A stretch of DNA of 64,000 nucleotides, taken from positions 233,213 to 297,212 of the forward strand of contig NW_018408729.1 in NCBI RefSeq assembly GCF_002113885.1, written 5' to 3'. The DNA is from Mizuhopecten yessoensis. Lineage: Eukaryota. Below, piece after piece: positions 36,756 to 50,423 of the stretch. Numbering within the stretch: position 1 is the first letter of the stretch; each line of letters opens with the position of its first letter. Both the position numbers and the translations under genes were made by a program. The notes under the pieces are model-generated. The model worked only from the letters and a program-made list of their open reading frames with translations, was not told where the DNA came from and ran no database searches.

Positions 36756-38106
36756 TACTGGTATTGAAAAAAATAGAGACTCCCAGATATTTGACATGAA
36801 ACAAGGAGTGAAATGATGGAAGGATCCTTCGTGTTTCAAAACATTTTCTTCAGGCTGGTAAATAAAGCTTGTATTCAGACTTGTATAGCACAAGCATGGA
36901 AACTATTTCACTTGTGCTTTAGGATGTTGTATACAAAGAAAAAATGAATGCTGGATATTCGGAACAAACGAAGCCTTGGGATGAATAAAAAAAACGCAGT
37001 TATTAAGCACAAAAGAAAGAGAGAAATAAAATGAATTCAGACTGATTGGAACACAACTAAAAGTGAAATGAAACAATGAATGTCCATTTATGGCACAGAA
37101 CAAGGTTAGGAATAAATATGAATTAGAATCACTGTTCAATGGGGCGATACTTGTTTGGAATGTAACAAGCATGTACTGTGTGATAGATTAAGGTTTAAGA
37201 ATAAAATAATCAGTCAATACGGAGAACTATATTTATATTGTATTTAAGTATGTTTTAATGGTACGCATGTACACGTGCAGTTCGCTCAGTACAAGAGGAT
37301 ATTGGGGTATAGCATCCTTTTAAAACTCACCCGTCCTGAATGATTGTAATCTTATAAAAGGCCTTATATATTGAACATCTGTGTCATTTCTACTGCATTC
37401 GCCCTTTAACCCCCCAAAACAGCAATAGACCATTCAGAGTCATGATCTTTCAGGTAAACAGACCATTACGATCAAAGAGGGGGGCTAGGGTCATCAATCT
37501 CATTGCAGGTTTAAGTTGTACACATTTCTCAGTATCTACCCAGCTTTAAAGTCTGTATCACAGTCTTTTGATGTGGATCATCTTTGAACACTACACAAAA
37601 ACTTTTCAAGGTTCCGGAAGAGCGCCCCTGGCATTCTGTCGGGCTGTATCCTTATTTAAACCCCTGTGTAGGAATGTCGGGTATTACCGTCTCGGCTATA
37701 TAGACCTTGTACTCGGGGTATTGTAGCACATTCCTATTCCCAATCGTTAACAATTACATGCTATGTAAACCGGCCCTAGTGTTATTGTAACCTTCCTCAC
37801 GGGGCGCCAATTGATCTTTTGATGTTCGTAAATATGTTTAATTGTATCTTGTTGAGGGTATGGATTCCAATTATCATTTCTTGTTAGAATCAAATTTATT
37901 TTGGTTGCAAATAATATGTGCAAAATATGTTGTTGTCTTGTTATGTTGGTGTTGTAAAGGGTTCTTTGTATTTCTGTGTTTAGTGTTGGAGGACCGTGGT
38001 GCTAAACTTCACAAGCCTTGTTAGGTTGCCTTACTCTCAGCTTCCTCTTGATCACCAACCCCCCCCCCCCAAAAAAAAACCCACCAAAAAAGCATAAAAA
38101 AAAACA

Positions 38107-38166
38107 TGGCCCTAAATGACCACAGCTGTCGATGGGCCGTTAAACCCAAACAAACAAACAAACAAA
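38107..38166 (+). mobile_element. SINE 3' tail fragment
   Basis: ccctaaatgaccacagctgtcgatgggccgttaaacccaaacaaacaaac, homologous to the tail of the SINE at 26198. Confidence 0.55.
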
Positions 38167-38199
38167 TTGATCACTGAATAGACTAAACTTGTGGTTTAA

Positions 38200-38282
38200 T
38201 CATTTTACCCTTATGCAAGTTTAGTAGACTCTTCCATGCATTGATCTGGATGTGTCCATTATGATCTACAGTGGTGAAAGGG
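38200..38282 (+). mobile_element. 83-bp piggyBac-type MITE, degenerate subfamily 1 copy
   Basis: Body tagtagactcttccatgcattgatctgga...gtggtgaaaggg; left TTAA present. Confidence 0.75.
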
Positions 38283-41200
38283 TTTAAGTTGTTGAACATT
38301 TGACTTGCTACCTGGTAACTAAATTTTACTTTGACTTATTTAGGTTAATATCAACTTACGTAAATGTCATTATCATATTTTGCTGACATTATTTTAATAC
38401 CCAGCTAGCCGAAACAAGTAAACTGGAAAATAAGCTATACGGAATCTAAATGTTATTGCTCCTCACTGACATTATTTTAATACCCAGCTAACCGAAACAA
38501 GTAAACTTGAAAATAAACTATGAAATCTTAATGTTGTTGCTAAATCATTAATAAAAAAAATCATCCTTTGTATTGTATGATATACGATGAAACATCAGTG
38601 AATACAGTTAGGTATACACTGTGGTAGTTCTTTCAATAATCCACTTATTATGACCTATGATGACCAGGACGTTGGTTTCCCCCTTCTGTGTACATATATA
38701 CGTGTGTGTGGGGACCAAAGTGTACATATAAAGCTTGGTGTCGGAAAGCTCAGAATTTTTGTGGTTACATATATTTGTGCCTTCCCTGATTATATGTCTC
38801 ATGATCCAAACCAACTTCTGTATAATTGCCAAGTCTGAATGTAACACGAAATAAAGCTTACGACGTTAGAATGGTACAGTAATGTGCAGCGCGTTAAGAG
38901 TATAATGTGTGGTTATAAAGCTACGCGATTTTCTGCGCCTGACGTGATGTGTATCATTACCCTCTCAGAAATCAGTGCTGATGGTCAGTAGATACTCCAG
39001 GTGTATTAAGCCTCAGGTGTTATAGGTAATGTCTCGTTTATCGTCGTGGTGACTGATCACACAGGTGGTAAAATTTAAACATTGCCTTAGTGTGCCCAGG
39101 TTTGTTATCAGAAAACTATTAAAATTCTTTTCTAATTCTTAAGTGAATTTTTATGAGTGTCTTTTTTTCTATTTTTGGCTTTTCGTTGTAGATAAATTGA
39201 TTATGGAACAAATAAAACACATGTAAATAATTCATACAAAGAGGAATGGCAACATCAGTTTGTGAGGATTGAGGGTACTGAAAGTCTCTCTTGTATTCTT
39301 TGACAGGGAAGTCGTTGAATTTGTTGTAAAACTATTTCACCACAATGAGGTCTGATTTTAAGCTTTGTTGATGATACTACATAGTACATCTGTTATGATG
39401 GGTTAGCTTTGTCAAAACAATTCATAGGTTTATTTAATTTCTAAAGCGTGTGATCTCATGTAGTGTATCATTGTACATATTCAGTATAAACAGGAATTTC
39501 CGTTTATATAGATACATCATTGGCGTTTTCATACATGGATATCTAAACTGGACAGTTAAATTTCAATGATTTACAACGTTCAGTGATGATGACAAGAGTG
39601 TGAAAGTTAAGGAAACAACTAACAGGAGAGTGTAGAGTGAAATAAAGGGAGGTAACTTAGGGGAACAACTTCTAGGTGAAAATTACAGACTATTGTTGGA
39701 TTTTGTCTATTATATGCATAGGCATTGTTAGATTCTTAAGTTAAATGTAAGGAGATTAAAAACAAATCTGATGATATAATGATATAAGCATTAATGTAAA
39801 AAAATATTAATACCAATCAACCTAATGAAAATAGGGTATTTACAAAATTTTCATGTAGATTTGTCTTTCAAATGATTTGTAAGGTTTGATAAAGATTAAT
39901 GTACAGTCTCTTGTGGTTTACACGGCATTACATATATTCAGAACAAATCTAGCAATTCTGCATTCATTTTAAGCAATAAAGAAAAGGAACTCTTGTTACA
40001 TCACAGTTTAGTCTGTACCGTGATCATTTGTATCACACTGTCCTAATGGTTGTAATTTGGAGGGTGTTGTGGCCAATTAACCTATTAGCATTGTGAGCCG
40101 ACTTGTTCACTACCTACACAGATACTTAGGTAGAGTAATAGACCACGGCTATTTGGTGATTGTCAGGTATGTACTTCAGGTATATACTTATACCCTATAT
40201 CACAGGTAGTAAACACAGGTAGTTAACACACAGGTAGCAATATAAGTGTAGTACCTATATACTAACATCATAAATGCCATTACAGATAGGTTAACAAAGA
40301 TTGTAATATCTTGGAAAATTCATAAATATTATTCATAAAAATTCTGCATTAACTTTATTGTTTTCATACAGATAATATTTAGCAAAATAAAAATTCCCAC
40401 ACAAGATAATATTCTTAAACAATATTGTAAAGATTTAGTGATCCTGACCTTAGGTAGAGGTTAAACACTAGGGTATTAATTCTATGGTTGTGTACAGGGA
40501 CCATTAGGGAGACTACACTGGTCAGATATACACATACTCCACATAGGTAACATTCCAGGATCAGGTATTTATGACTTAGCCTCGGGTATTACTCTAAATG
40601 ACAGATTATTTTGGTCTAATGATCACCTACCTTACCTGGGCAGTTATAATTTTACCTCAGGTACAAATCTTGTCTCTCTTGTATATATGTGTTTCGATAA
40701 AGTCAAACATGCAGTGTTATTAAATGACAGGAGAAATTTCAATATTTTACCAAGACAGTTTCCAAGACTGTAAACAAATAATTGTGAATTGTTCCAACGC
40801 TTCTGTTTAGAAACTCGATAGTGTGACAATCTTTAATTAAGTAACAAGCTATTGTTCAGTTTTAAGCTCATACTTTGTTAAACATAACTGGGTCATATTG
40901 AAAGATTTAGGATTCTGTACCCGTTATGTCAGGATAATCACCTTCAATGCAATTAGGAGTGTGTGTAGACTTTCATTTCCAGTTTATGTATAAAATACTG
41001 AAAATAAAGTTTCTGAATGTAACATCTTCTACCAGACAAGTTGAAACTTTGTTCTGGTGTGATTTCTTGTTATCTCACATCTCCAAGAATATATACATAG
41101 GACTAAACATGATACTCCCAATAAACTAGAGACGACCATTCCACCTTGGTGGGTTGCCTCCCTTTGTTGTCAAAGTCAAACTGACACAGAGGACATACTG

Positions 41201-41847
41201 GTAGTGTCACACAAGATGGTTGCCAAGGACACAGTACGGTGAAGTAGGGATGGTTCAGGATGTAATGGCAGCAAAAATTAATGATAGCAATTAACAATAA
41301 TCAGTCTTTCTAAAACTATCACTATGCTACTCCATTTCGTAAGATTATCAGGGTAACATTCTTATGACCTTTTATGTGATACACATCTAGCTTCTTAGTT
41401 CTTATATTTGTTATGTAATCTCCAACACTGAGGATATAAAGGTGTCACAAATCAGCTCAAGTAAAACATGTCCCCTGATGCAGCTTCTTCAGGTCCTAAA
41501 ACATATATGCAGAGATGCTAATCACAGTAAATAAGGTTGTTGTTTTTTTATCAGATTGATTGTCAAATGTAAACTACAATTTTATGCTTCAGTAGCATGA
41601 AATACTGAAATTTCTGTGACCCATAGTTTTTAGTAGTACAGTTGTAAGGACAAATGAAAATAAGTTATTGATTCATTGCTATAATTTTTAGGGATCCACA
41701 ACATTATCTACCAGAATTAGGAAAGCTTCAATAAACTGATACCATACATGTACCTATAGCTCTGTATATTATAACATTCTATCATGTTTAAACTTTCACT
41801 GAATCGACATAATGTCTGAATATTAATGATAAACTTTTGTTTTCCAG

Positions 41848-42255
41848 ATTTACATGCGGATATCTCTGTGACAACAACAGTAAACCCAATGGGACTTTTG
41901 GGAGACAATGAAGTGGAACTTGTGTGTACATATAGTCTTGCATCCGTTGATACAGTTTTTTACGTAGCGTGGAACAGGGAGAACTCAACAAACCCTGATC
42001 AATATGAACAAATAGCATTGTTTTATCCACCAGGAGCATCACAAAGTCCTGCAACATTACAAAATTTAACCAACCCTTCTGTGTTTGGACGAGTAGTTCT
42101 AACAAGCCCGACAGATTCCTCCCTCACGGCTAAGATCAAGTTTACAAGTGTGGTATGTGGTGATGAGCGTAAATATCAATGTACTGTAGTGGGACTAAAC
42201 AATGGTGCAACGATCAATCCTATTCTGGCCAGTGTCAGCACTCTAACAGTCACAG
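41848..42255 (+). CDS. Ig receptor exon 2 (Ig V-type domain)
   Basis: ELVCTY (B-strand Cys), VAWNR (C-strand Trp) and CGDERKYQC (DxxxYxC); 408 nt, phase 1-1. Confidence 0.93.
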
Positions 42256-42604
42256 GTATGACAATGTAATAATCAATATACACTATCATAATTCTTGTTT
42301 AGTCTATTACATGTTTTCTCTTGAACCATTTTGCAGAATTAAACTTTCGTGGTACTTGGTAGGTGGGTATGTGAGACCATAATCAAGTCAGTTGTTTTCA
42401 TATTATGTATCCATATTCAAGTTTTCACAATAATTGATTAAACCACCAAGAAACAGACACATTTTAATGTTATATAATATGTGTTACTGTTACTTTCATG
42501 AGTATACAACTCGCACAGTTTTAAGATGAAACATTTGGATAAAAGAAGCAAATATTTACTTTGAGTATTAGCAATCAATTTTATACATCAATTTGTTTTT
42601 TAAG

Positions 42605-42952
42605 CCAAACCCAACGCTACAGCCTTTAATGAAGTGGAAGTGGTGCCAGCAGCTAATGTTGAGGAGGGACAGGCGGTCACGTTCACTTGTACCGGTAACG
42701 TTGGTCGGCCGGCAGGGTCCTTCTTATGGACCAGGTACAAAGGTACCACAGCGGGTACTGGTACCACCATAGCCTCTACCACACAGACATCCCCTAGTAC
42801 TGACTGTACCTTCACCGGCAGTAGTGTCATCGCTATCCCTATGACCAATGACGACAACGGTATCATTGTTAAATGTGCCTTACAACAGGAGACCATCACC
42901 GACGCCACAGACACCGCCTACTTTAAACTGACCAATGTCATCAACGTGTTTT
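42605..42952 (+). CDS. Ig receptor exon 3 (Ig C2-type domain)
   Basis: EEGQAVTFTCTGNVGRPAGSFLW...DNGIIVKC; 348 nt, phase 1-1. Confidence 0.93.
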
Positions 42953-43017
42953 GTAAGTTAATGCTAGCAAAATGGTTTGAAGTTCTATTTGCTCACTATT
43001 AAAACAGTACTGATTGA

Positions 43018-43100
43018 CTCACTATCACCTGAAATTTCATAATGAACTATTCCAATCTTTGAATTGGAAGAGTTCAAATCTGTCTTTAGGGGTGAATGAG
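43018..43100. mobile_element. 83-bp TTAA-type MITE, subfamily 2
   Basis: CTCACTATCACC...GGGGTGAATGAG|TTAA. Confidence 0.65.
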
Positions 43101-43635
43101 TTAAAGTATATGTTATGAATTAGACTTGACTGTTGGAATAGAAACATTCAGCTAATTCAGCCAGTTAATGTTCTCAGGGATTTTCAACTTGAGACAATTG
43201 ATTTACTGTATACCAGGAAACTTTTACCCAGTCAAATTTTCGCCATTCACCATTCAAATCCACTTTTGCCCAGTGTGACGGGCGAACCTTCACATTTGAT
43301 TACTATGTTTATTATATTGCTACTGCGAACCACTGTGATGATACATTCATCTCAATACAGAGGCTGAAAAAGTTGGGCTATATTTCTATCTTTACCAGTC
43401 ATTTTGAGACTAAATTTTGTTTCTTTCTTTTAAATGTTTAACTTATAATCATTGTTTTTTTCATTTTCATAGGATTTTTCACTTGAAACTACCATAATTT
43501 TTGGGTGATTTCATCTAATTTTAAAATTTGAAACAACCAGTCATATTTTCTGAATATTTAACACTTGAACAGGAACATTTACCTTCCCACACATCTATCA
43601 GATTGACATATGTAGATTGATTTTCTTTAAAACAG

Positions 43636-43899
43636 ACAAAGTGAGAGCCCCTACCATTATGAAGAGTCCCAACGCAGCAGTTCATTACGAGGGCACCACT
43701 TTGACCTTGACCTGTGCTGCCGAGGGCAACCCTACTCCTACGTATGTTTGGCGGCTTAATGGCACACAGGTCGGCACCTCAGCAGAGCTTCAACTGACCA
43801 ACATCAAGATTGCTCAATCTGGAGACTATGTCTGTGAGGCCACGAACAACTTTAACGGGAACACGTACAACATGACCAGTACAGTCGGCATTAACATAG
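43636..43899 (+). CDS. Ig receptor exon 4 (Ig C2/I-type domain)
   Basis: EGTTLTLTCAAEGNPTPTYVW...QSGDYVCEATN; 264 nt, phase 1-1. Confidence 0.94.
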
Positions 43900-45453
43900 G
43901 TATGGCGTTACATTTACATCAACCTCAATGAAACACTACCTGAGGAAATATGTCAAGTTAAATTATATAAATATGTAGGGAGCAACAATAAATAGACCTC
44001 ATGTTGGTTAGGCCTAGTTTTGGATAAATAGTAATGTGTAGGATATATACTAACATACATTATGTTATCACATAGTCTGTCTAAAGCATTCTCTTCTGAC
44101 TTAAAACTAGTGTTCTGTTACATTTAAATGTTTCTTGGAAAAGAGTACTAAATAATACACTTGACAAGTAGGGGCGTATTCACTTTATGAATTTTTATTT
44201 AATTTTCTCACTTTTGTTGATTCTTATATATTTTATTTTTCTTGTTCTTCTCATTTGTATTATGTTATTATGATTTCTTATCCACATTTATTTGTACACC
44301 ACCACCATCACAAACTCCCCTGAGTTACCTCCCTTTATTTCACTCTCCACTCTCCTGTTAGTTGTCTCCCTTACTTTCACTCTCCTGTCATTAACAGTGA
44401 ATATGAATCATTGGAAATACTCTCACTGTAACCAAACAAAATTTGTGTCATAATGAAATATAACGAGTCAATACATAAGGCACAGAATCTACTTCTTATT
44501 CTCAGTGTTTGACATTTTGAAACAAACTTATGTTTTAACATGACAAATTGAGAAATTTAGTTTCGAGAATTAACTCCAATTTACTGTAAGATATTCCAAT
44601 GATTTGTATTTTTTCTCTGATTTTATTTTCCTTCTTTCATTTTCTTGCTTGCATTTTGTATTAGTTTGGTGTTGTTTCTTTCTTTTCCATGTTCGCTAAT
44701 ATTTTTGTATCTTCTATTAATTGGGATAAACATATTTTGTAACCACAAGACAGAAACATTCAGTTAACCTATACTCAGCTCTGTAAACGGACCGAAGATT
44801 GAATATAAATACTATATACAGGTTTATTTTGTTTGTACATTTTTAAATTGGTAATTTATTTTCAGTTATTTACTGTATGGCACTAAAATTTTGTGATTCA
44901 TTCTTTTAATTGACAAATTTCTGTCAAAATTTTGGCTTATTATGATTTTAAGTGTATATTGGTCTTAAATAAAACATAAGAAATTATTTAAATTGTTGAT
45001 TGGCCATAAAACAATATAAAAACCGTCCATTGATATGTCTACAGGCATACTGAGTGTATAATCTGTTCATTTCATAGACCACAATTATCATGAAATTAAA
45101 ACCTTTGTGAAATTTAAGTGCTGTACAGTTATTATATATATTTATATAGGTATCCATATATATTATACAAGCATTTCATCAGATTGAAGCATTTAAATTA
45201 TCAATAATTTGCATCTTTGCCGAATTTTGTGCGCATGTTGCATACAAGTTGATGCTGTGGAAGCTATCAGCAACTAAGGAACAAAAGATCATCTCCTAAA
45301 AGTAAATAAAGTATCACAGTATTATCCCCAGAGGAGATTTATAAATTCTTCTCAGTCCGTAACGCTACAGGGTAGAAAATACCTGTAAGAATTTCATATT
45401 ATGTAATATATAAAAAAACCAACCTTCTCATCGTCACATCATTGTACAAGTTT

Positions 45454-45550
45454 ATAATAATGATAAAAAATAATAATTTGAGGTTCTTATATACCGCTTT
45501 ATCACAACCTAGTTCGTAGGTCGTCTAAAAGCGGTTCACAAATTATTATC
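45454..45550 (-). mobile_element. 5'-truncated copy of the CORE-SINE at 36421
   Basis: gaggttcttatataccgctttatcacaac...cacaaattattatc is near-identical to 36438-36508. Confidence 0.8.
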
Positions 45551-45826
45551 AAAATATTAACAATACAAATCGCTCACTCAGTCATAGCTTGACAAAGGGA
45601 CCAGTCGGTCTTAAACATTGTGACATGTTCAGCACCTATGTTGTTTATAAAGTAATACTTTGATAAAACCTTCTGAGTTTTGCATATTGCCAGTTAAGTT
45701 GATTTGTCAGTGATACAGGACCAGGTCTTGAATTAATGTCAATACCGGACTGGTACTTTATACTTCTACTAGCTAGTCCATGTGGGAATATTGATTCCAC
45801 TTACCCAATATTCTTTAGGCTGAAAA

Positions 45827-46241
45827 GTAATATCAAATTCAGACAAGTTTGTCAGGTTAGTAGTTCTACAACATACAGAGTAATATCAAATTCAGACAAG
45901 TTTGTCAGGTTAGTCATTCTACAACATACAAAGTAATATCAAATTCAGACAAGTTTGTCAGGTTAGTAGTTCTACAAAATACAAAGTAATATCAAATTCA
46001 GACAAGGTTGTCAGGTTAGTAGTTCTACAAAATACAAAGTAATATCAAATTCAGACAATTTTGTCAGGTTAGTAGTTCTAAAACATACAGAGTAATATCA
46101 AATTCAGACAATTTTGTCAGGTTAGTAGTTCTACACCATACATTGTAATATCAAATTCAGACAAGTTTATCAGGTTAGTAGTTCTACAACATACAGAGTA
46201 ATATCAAATTCAGACAAGTTTGTCAGGTTAGTAGTTCTACA
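45827..46241. repeat. 53-bp minisatellite, 8 copies
   Basis: gtaatatcaaattcagacaagtttgtcaggttagtagttctac every 53 nt. Confidence 0.95.
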
Positions 46242-47449
46242 TTTGTTTAGATTAGTTGTGTGATCAACTTACAAAGTGGAAACACCTTTTATATATTAAT
46301 TACATCAAACTAGATTTGTTCTCTCCAAAACTGGGTGCATAGATGCCATAGGCAAGTCGGCTTAAAGTTGCTTGTTCCTATAAATTCTATTGTTCCATTC
46401 AATGCATTTTTGGGGGGAAAATGCATTGCACATGCTTTTAGATTATAATTTATTCAAACTTTAAAAACCAATTTTCAGTTTAATGTTTTCTCTTGGTTTC
46501 ATTTATTTCTAATTTTCCGTCATTCCTCGCCTGTGTGATTTATACCATCTTCAGTTCCTGTCACCCCTAAGTTATCATTTTGTCTGTCCCAGTTTCTAGG
46601 CTAATGTTGACAAACACTAATCCTTCACCTATGATCCAGTATGTCAGTTCATTTCAACTTGAACATGTTTCAGATAGACTTTGTTGTGATGAGGTTATAT
46701 GCTACAAAATTGAAAATTTTCATGTGTGGAAAAGTTCAAGTTGAAAGAACCTATTGTGACGAGGAAAACTTTATGTTGACAATGGTTCTGAAGTATATAT
46801 TAACTATTTATCTATAATCTACACAATATTTAAATAAATGTTCAGGTGTGGATATTTCCACGCTAATTTACTCAACATGAAAATTGGGAACATTTTCATT
46901 TCAAATTTACAGTATAATTGAATCATCACAATATGTTGTAGTCAGAGGAAATCTTTCGTTTATATCTTTGTTTTTTTAGTTATTTGCTATTTAAACAATT
47001 CAGTACTGATAATTTATACTAATATCATGCCCAAAATCTCAACTGACTTCCTTTTTAAAATCCAATGATCAAAAGCTTGTTTATCTTTGCCAGGAACTGA
47101 TTTAAAACAAATAAACATCTCAAACTTTCCCAACATTGACTGGTAAACACAGCGTACAGTTTCCATGAGAATAAAAAAAAGTAGGGTACATAAGCTATCT
47201 GGCAAAGCAGAAACAAAAACATGATTAAGATTTAATGAATATTAAACTGGTAAAAGTTATTTTGATTTGTATCCGATAAGACTTATTGTCAGTGGTTAAT
47301 TAATAATAACATGGTAATGGTTATAATTTGGTATCAGTTTAGTTTTGGTATAAGTTTAATTTTGGTATAATTAATATTGCATTATTAGCTATAATTTGGC
47401 ATCAGTGATAATATGGTTAATAACTTAAACTGGGTATAAATCTTTTTTT

Positions 47450-47880
47450 TTATATCAGTGATAACCTGGTATAACTTCTAATTTGATATCAGTGATAACC
47501 TGGTTAAGTTATAATTTGATATCAGTGATAACCTGGTAAGTTATAATTTGATAACCTGGTTAAGTTACAATTTGATATCAATGATAACCTGGTTAAGTTA
47601 TAATTTGATATCAGTGACAACCTGGTTAAGTTATAATTTGATATCAGTGATAACCTGGTTAAGTTATAATTTGATATCAGTGATAACATGGCTAAGTTAT
47701 AATTTGATAACCTGGTTAAGTTATAATTTGATAACCTGGTTAAGTTATAATTTGATATCAGTGATAACCTGGTTAAGTTATAATTTGATATCAGTGATAA
47801 CATGGTTAAGTTATAATTTGATCTCAGTGATAACCTGGTTAAGTTTTAATTTGATATCAGGGATTACCTAGTATAACTTA
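47450..47880. repeat. Minisatellite with mixed 33-bp and 24-bp units
   Basis: gatatcagtgataacctggttaagttataattt, plus a variant missing 9 bp. Confidence 0.92.
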
Positions 47881-48090
47881 TAATTTTATGTAAGTTATCA
47901 TTTATAACATGTTATTTGCTATAACTTAATATCAATTTAAACCTGGTATTTTGATTAGTAATAACCTTGTATTATTTATAACACGTTGTTATTGATATGT
48001 TGTTATCGGTCATACACAGGTATCAGTTTCACCAACATTTATAGCAAGGTATCAGGTAGAACTTGATACCATTATTTTGATAGGCATTAA

Positions 48091-48175
48091 CTCACATTCA
48101 CCCCTAATAAATTAAAGTGGACTTGTCTAGTCTTTGATTTGGTTAGGTTCAAACAAAACTTTAGGGGTGAGTGGG
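48091..48175. mobile_element. ~85-bp TTAA-type MITE, subfamily 2
   Basis: TTAA|CTCACATTCACCCCT...AGGGGTGAGTGGG|TTAA. Confidence 0.7.
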
Positions 48176-49035
48176 TTAATTACTTGATATAAGTTATGAT
48201 ATTGTGTATATTGTATCCGTTGATTTGTTATCAGTTATAACATGTTATGATTGCAGATAAAATTGTCAATAGCTTGCACATAGCTGGAATGTATAATTAA
48301 TAATTTGCATGCTTTAAATGAACTCTATAATCTGGGCTAGTATACAGACAAACGTGTAGCATTCACTGCCAGTCATATCAAAGATGTCCGTGCTGAGAAC
48401 AGGAAATAGATTTTTTGGAAGGATATTTTTCTTGGAAAAGTAATTTAAGAAACTTTTGGATTTTTTTTTTTTAATTTTTCAAATCTTGGCTAAAATGATT
48501 TGATATGACTCGCAGTGAGTAATGGAATCTCTTGACAAGGAAGTGATAAATACATGTAGAAATGATATAGGTAGGAAAATCTCATGAACAATGTTAGACA
48601 ATTCTAGATTGTTAAAATCTACCCGAACCATGTTACATCATTATTAAAGCTGACTCTGGCAGTAAAAAATAATTACTCAGTTTTGTTTGTTATTTCAAAG
48701 TTTTACTTTCTACACAAACAATGTTTGTATTAAATGTGTTTCAACATTTCAAGACTGACAGGTCCCTTTGTGAAGCTATCTATGACTGAGTGAGTCACAT
48801 CCTTGTACAGGTAAAAAAAACAAATCGCTCACTCAGTCATATAGCTTGACAAAACGTTGCGACACATTTAATACATGCATCGTTTGTGAAGAAAATAAAA
48901 CTTTGATGTCACAAATTTCCAAACTGATGAATCTTATTGAAGAAAAGTTTTGTTTATATTAGATCAAAACAAACATTGATTGTAAACACTTCTGATGTAC
49001 ATGTATATTGTAGGGGTACACAATTCAGCTGTTAA

Positions 49036-49118
49036 CCCTGTCACCACTGTAGACCATAATGGACTCATCCAGATCAATGCATGGTAGAGTCTACTAAAGT
49101 TACCTAGGGGTGAAAGGG
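49036..49118 (-). mobile_element. 83-bp piggyBac-type MITE, subfamily 1 (reverse orientation)
   Basis: TTAA TSDs; reverse complement of the copy at 35494. Confidence 0.88.
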
Positions 49119-49730
49119 TTAAAGTTCCATCAGTAATATGACATAACAATACATAAAGCCATCAGAGATATGTTATTTGCTGTCTGTCGTCTTACACAAG
49201 AGATTCCATGTTTTATCTACACGAGGTCAAACCAGACAAACCTACTGTTTTCTTACTTAACTATCAAAGATTTTCTTAAAAATTCTTCAAAAGAATATGA
49301 ATGAATGATATATGGCAAATATATTTGAAGAAAACAAAAATATGGGAGCTTTCAACTTGGTCTATAATATTTTTTAAATTTTTATGAGTATTTAATATCT
49401 ATTGGTAAATGGTGACAAAGCTGTTAAATTGACATGTTAAGATCCTCGTTTTGGAGGCTTTCATTGAATATACAATCTACAATTTTGGATTTTCAGCAAA
49501 AAATATCAAAATATTTAATCTGAACTTTTTTGAAAATGGCAAAAGCTGAAGTAAATATATCATGAAATTTCTGGGGAAAAGCTACTGCTATTTGATGAAA
49601 CAAGAAAATTATTGACACGAGAAACAGTATATTTGTTTGTTGGGCCTGAGATCTAGATGTGTTATAACATGGCTGAGAGAGGTGAGTTTTCTGCATGATT
49701 CTGGACATCTATTACCTCCCTTCTCTACAG

Positions 49731-49829
49731 AAACACAACCCACCACTACCCCCACTACAACCACTCCTGTTCCATCTGTAGACCCCACAGGAGGAGGCGG
49801 CACCCAGGCACCCCAGACCGAGGACGATC
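49731..49829 (+). CDS. Ig receptor exon 5 (Thr/Pro-rich stalk)
   Basis: Encodes ETQPTTTPTTTTPVPSVDPTGGGGTQAPQTEDD; tacag acceptor and gtaagt donor; 99 nt, phase 1-1. Confidence 0.88.
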
Positions 49830-50423
49830 GTAAGTAGACTTGTGTAATCAGATCTACAAGTTATTGTTACATTATCATATACGCACATACAATACTCGGC
49901 TTCATAACTTTATTATCTCATTTAAATAAACCCTGACGTTTGGTACCATAGTGACCAGTCAATCACTCACAACATTCAAATGATGTTTTAATTTTGTTGT
50001 TTAAATAAATGTTAGAACTTTTTAAACAAATTTTGGTTTTAATGAATAGGATAGTCACAAATTTAATGTTGTTTTGACATTTCTATTTTTGTAAAATGTG
50101 TCTTTACAGTAATAAAGACAAATTTGACATAACGTTTGAAAGAAAATGTATGTACTCCATTGCTTTTACATGAAAAAGACTGTTTGATTGTAGAATTATC
50201 AATATCTACATATAGCCGATTATAATGATAAAGATGTGCACTTTTATCGTAGAACATGATACAGTTGGATCTGCCCTATTGGAATCAGACCAGCGTTAAA
50301 GTATTGAAATTCACTGTATATACCAATATCTGTTACATATAGCAATGTTGTGGTGATTCAGATAGATGCTGAAGGTAAACTTGTTATATACACTGTACAT
50401 AATAATGTGGTTCTTATTACAAA

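Noticed and set aside
37645-37737. GTATCCTT U12-like donor and a taggaatgt/acattccta hairpin (possible pre-miRNA)
   Set aside because: No associated exon or branch site; the hairpin interior pairs poorly and matches no miRNA I recognise.
41848-42255. Calling the gene a Siglec, nectin, CADM or CEACAM orthologue
   Set aside because: It lacks the Siglec Arg and cysteine pattern, and orthology cannot be established by eye, so no symbol is given.
45827-47880. CRISPR-like arrays, or coding ORFs in the 53-bp and 33/24-bp repeats
   Set aside because: Head-to-tail repeats without unique spacers in eukaryotic introns; the ORFs are by-products of the repeat period.
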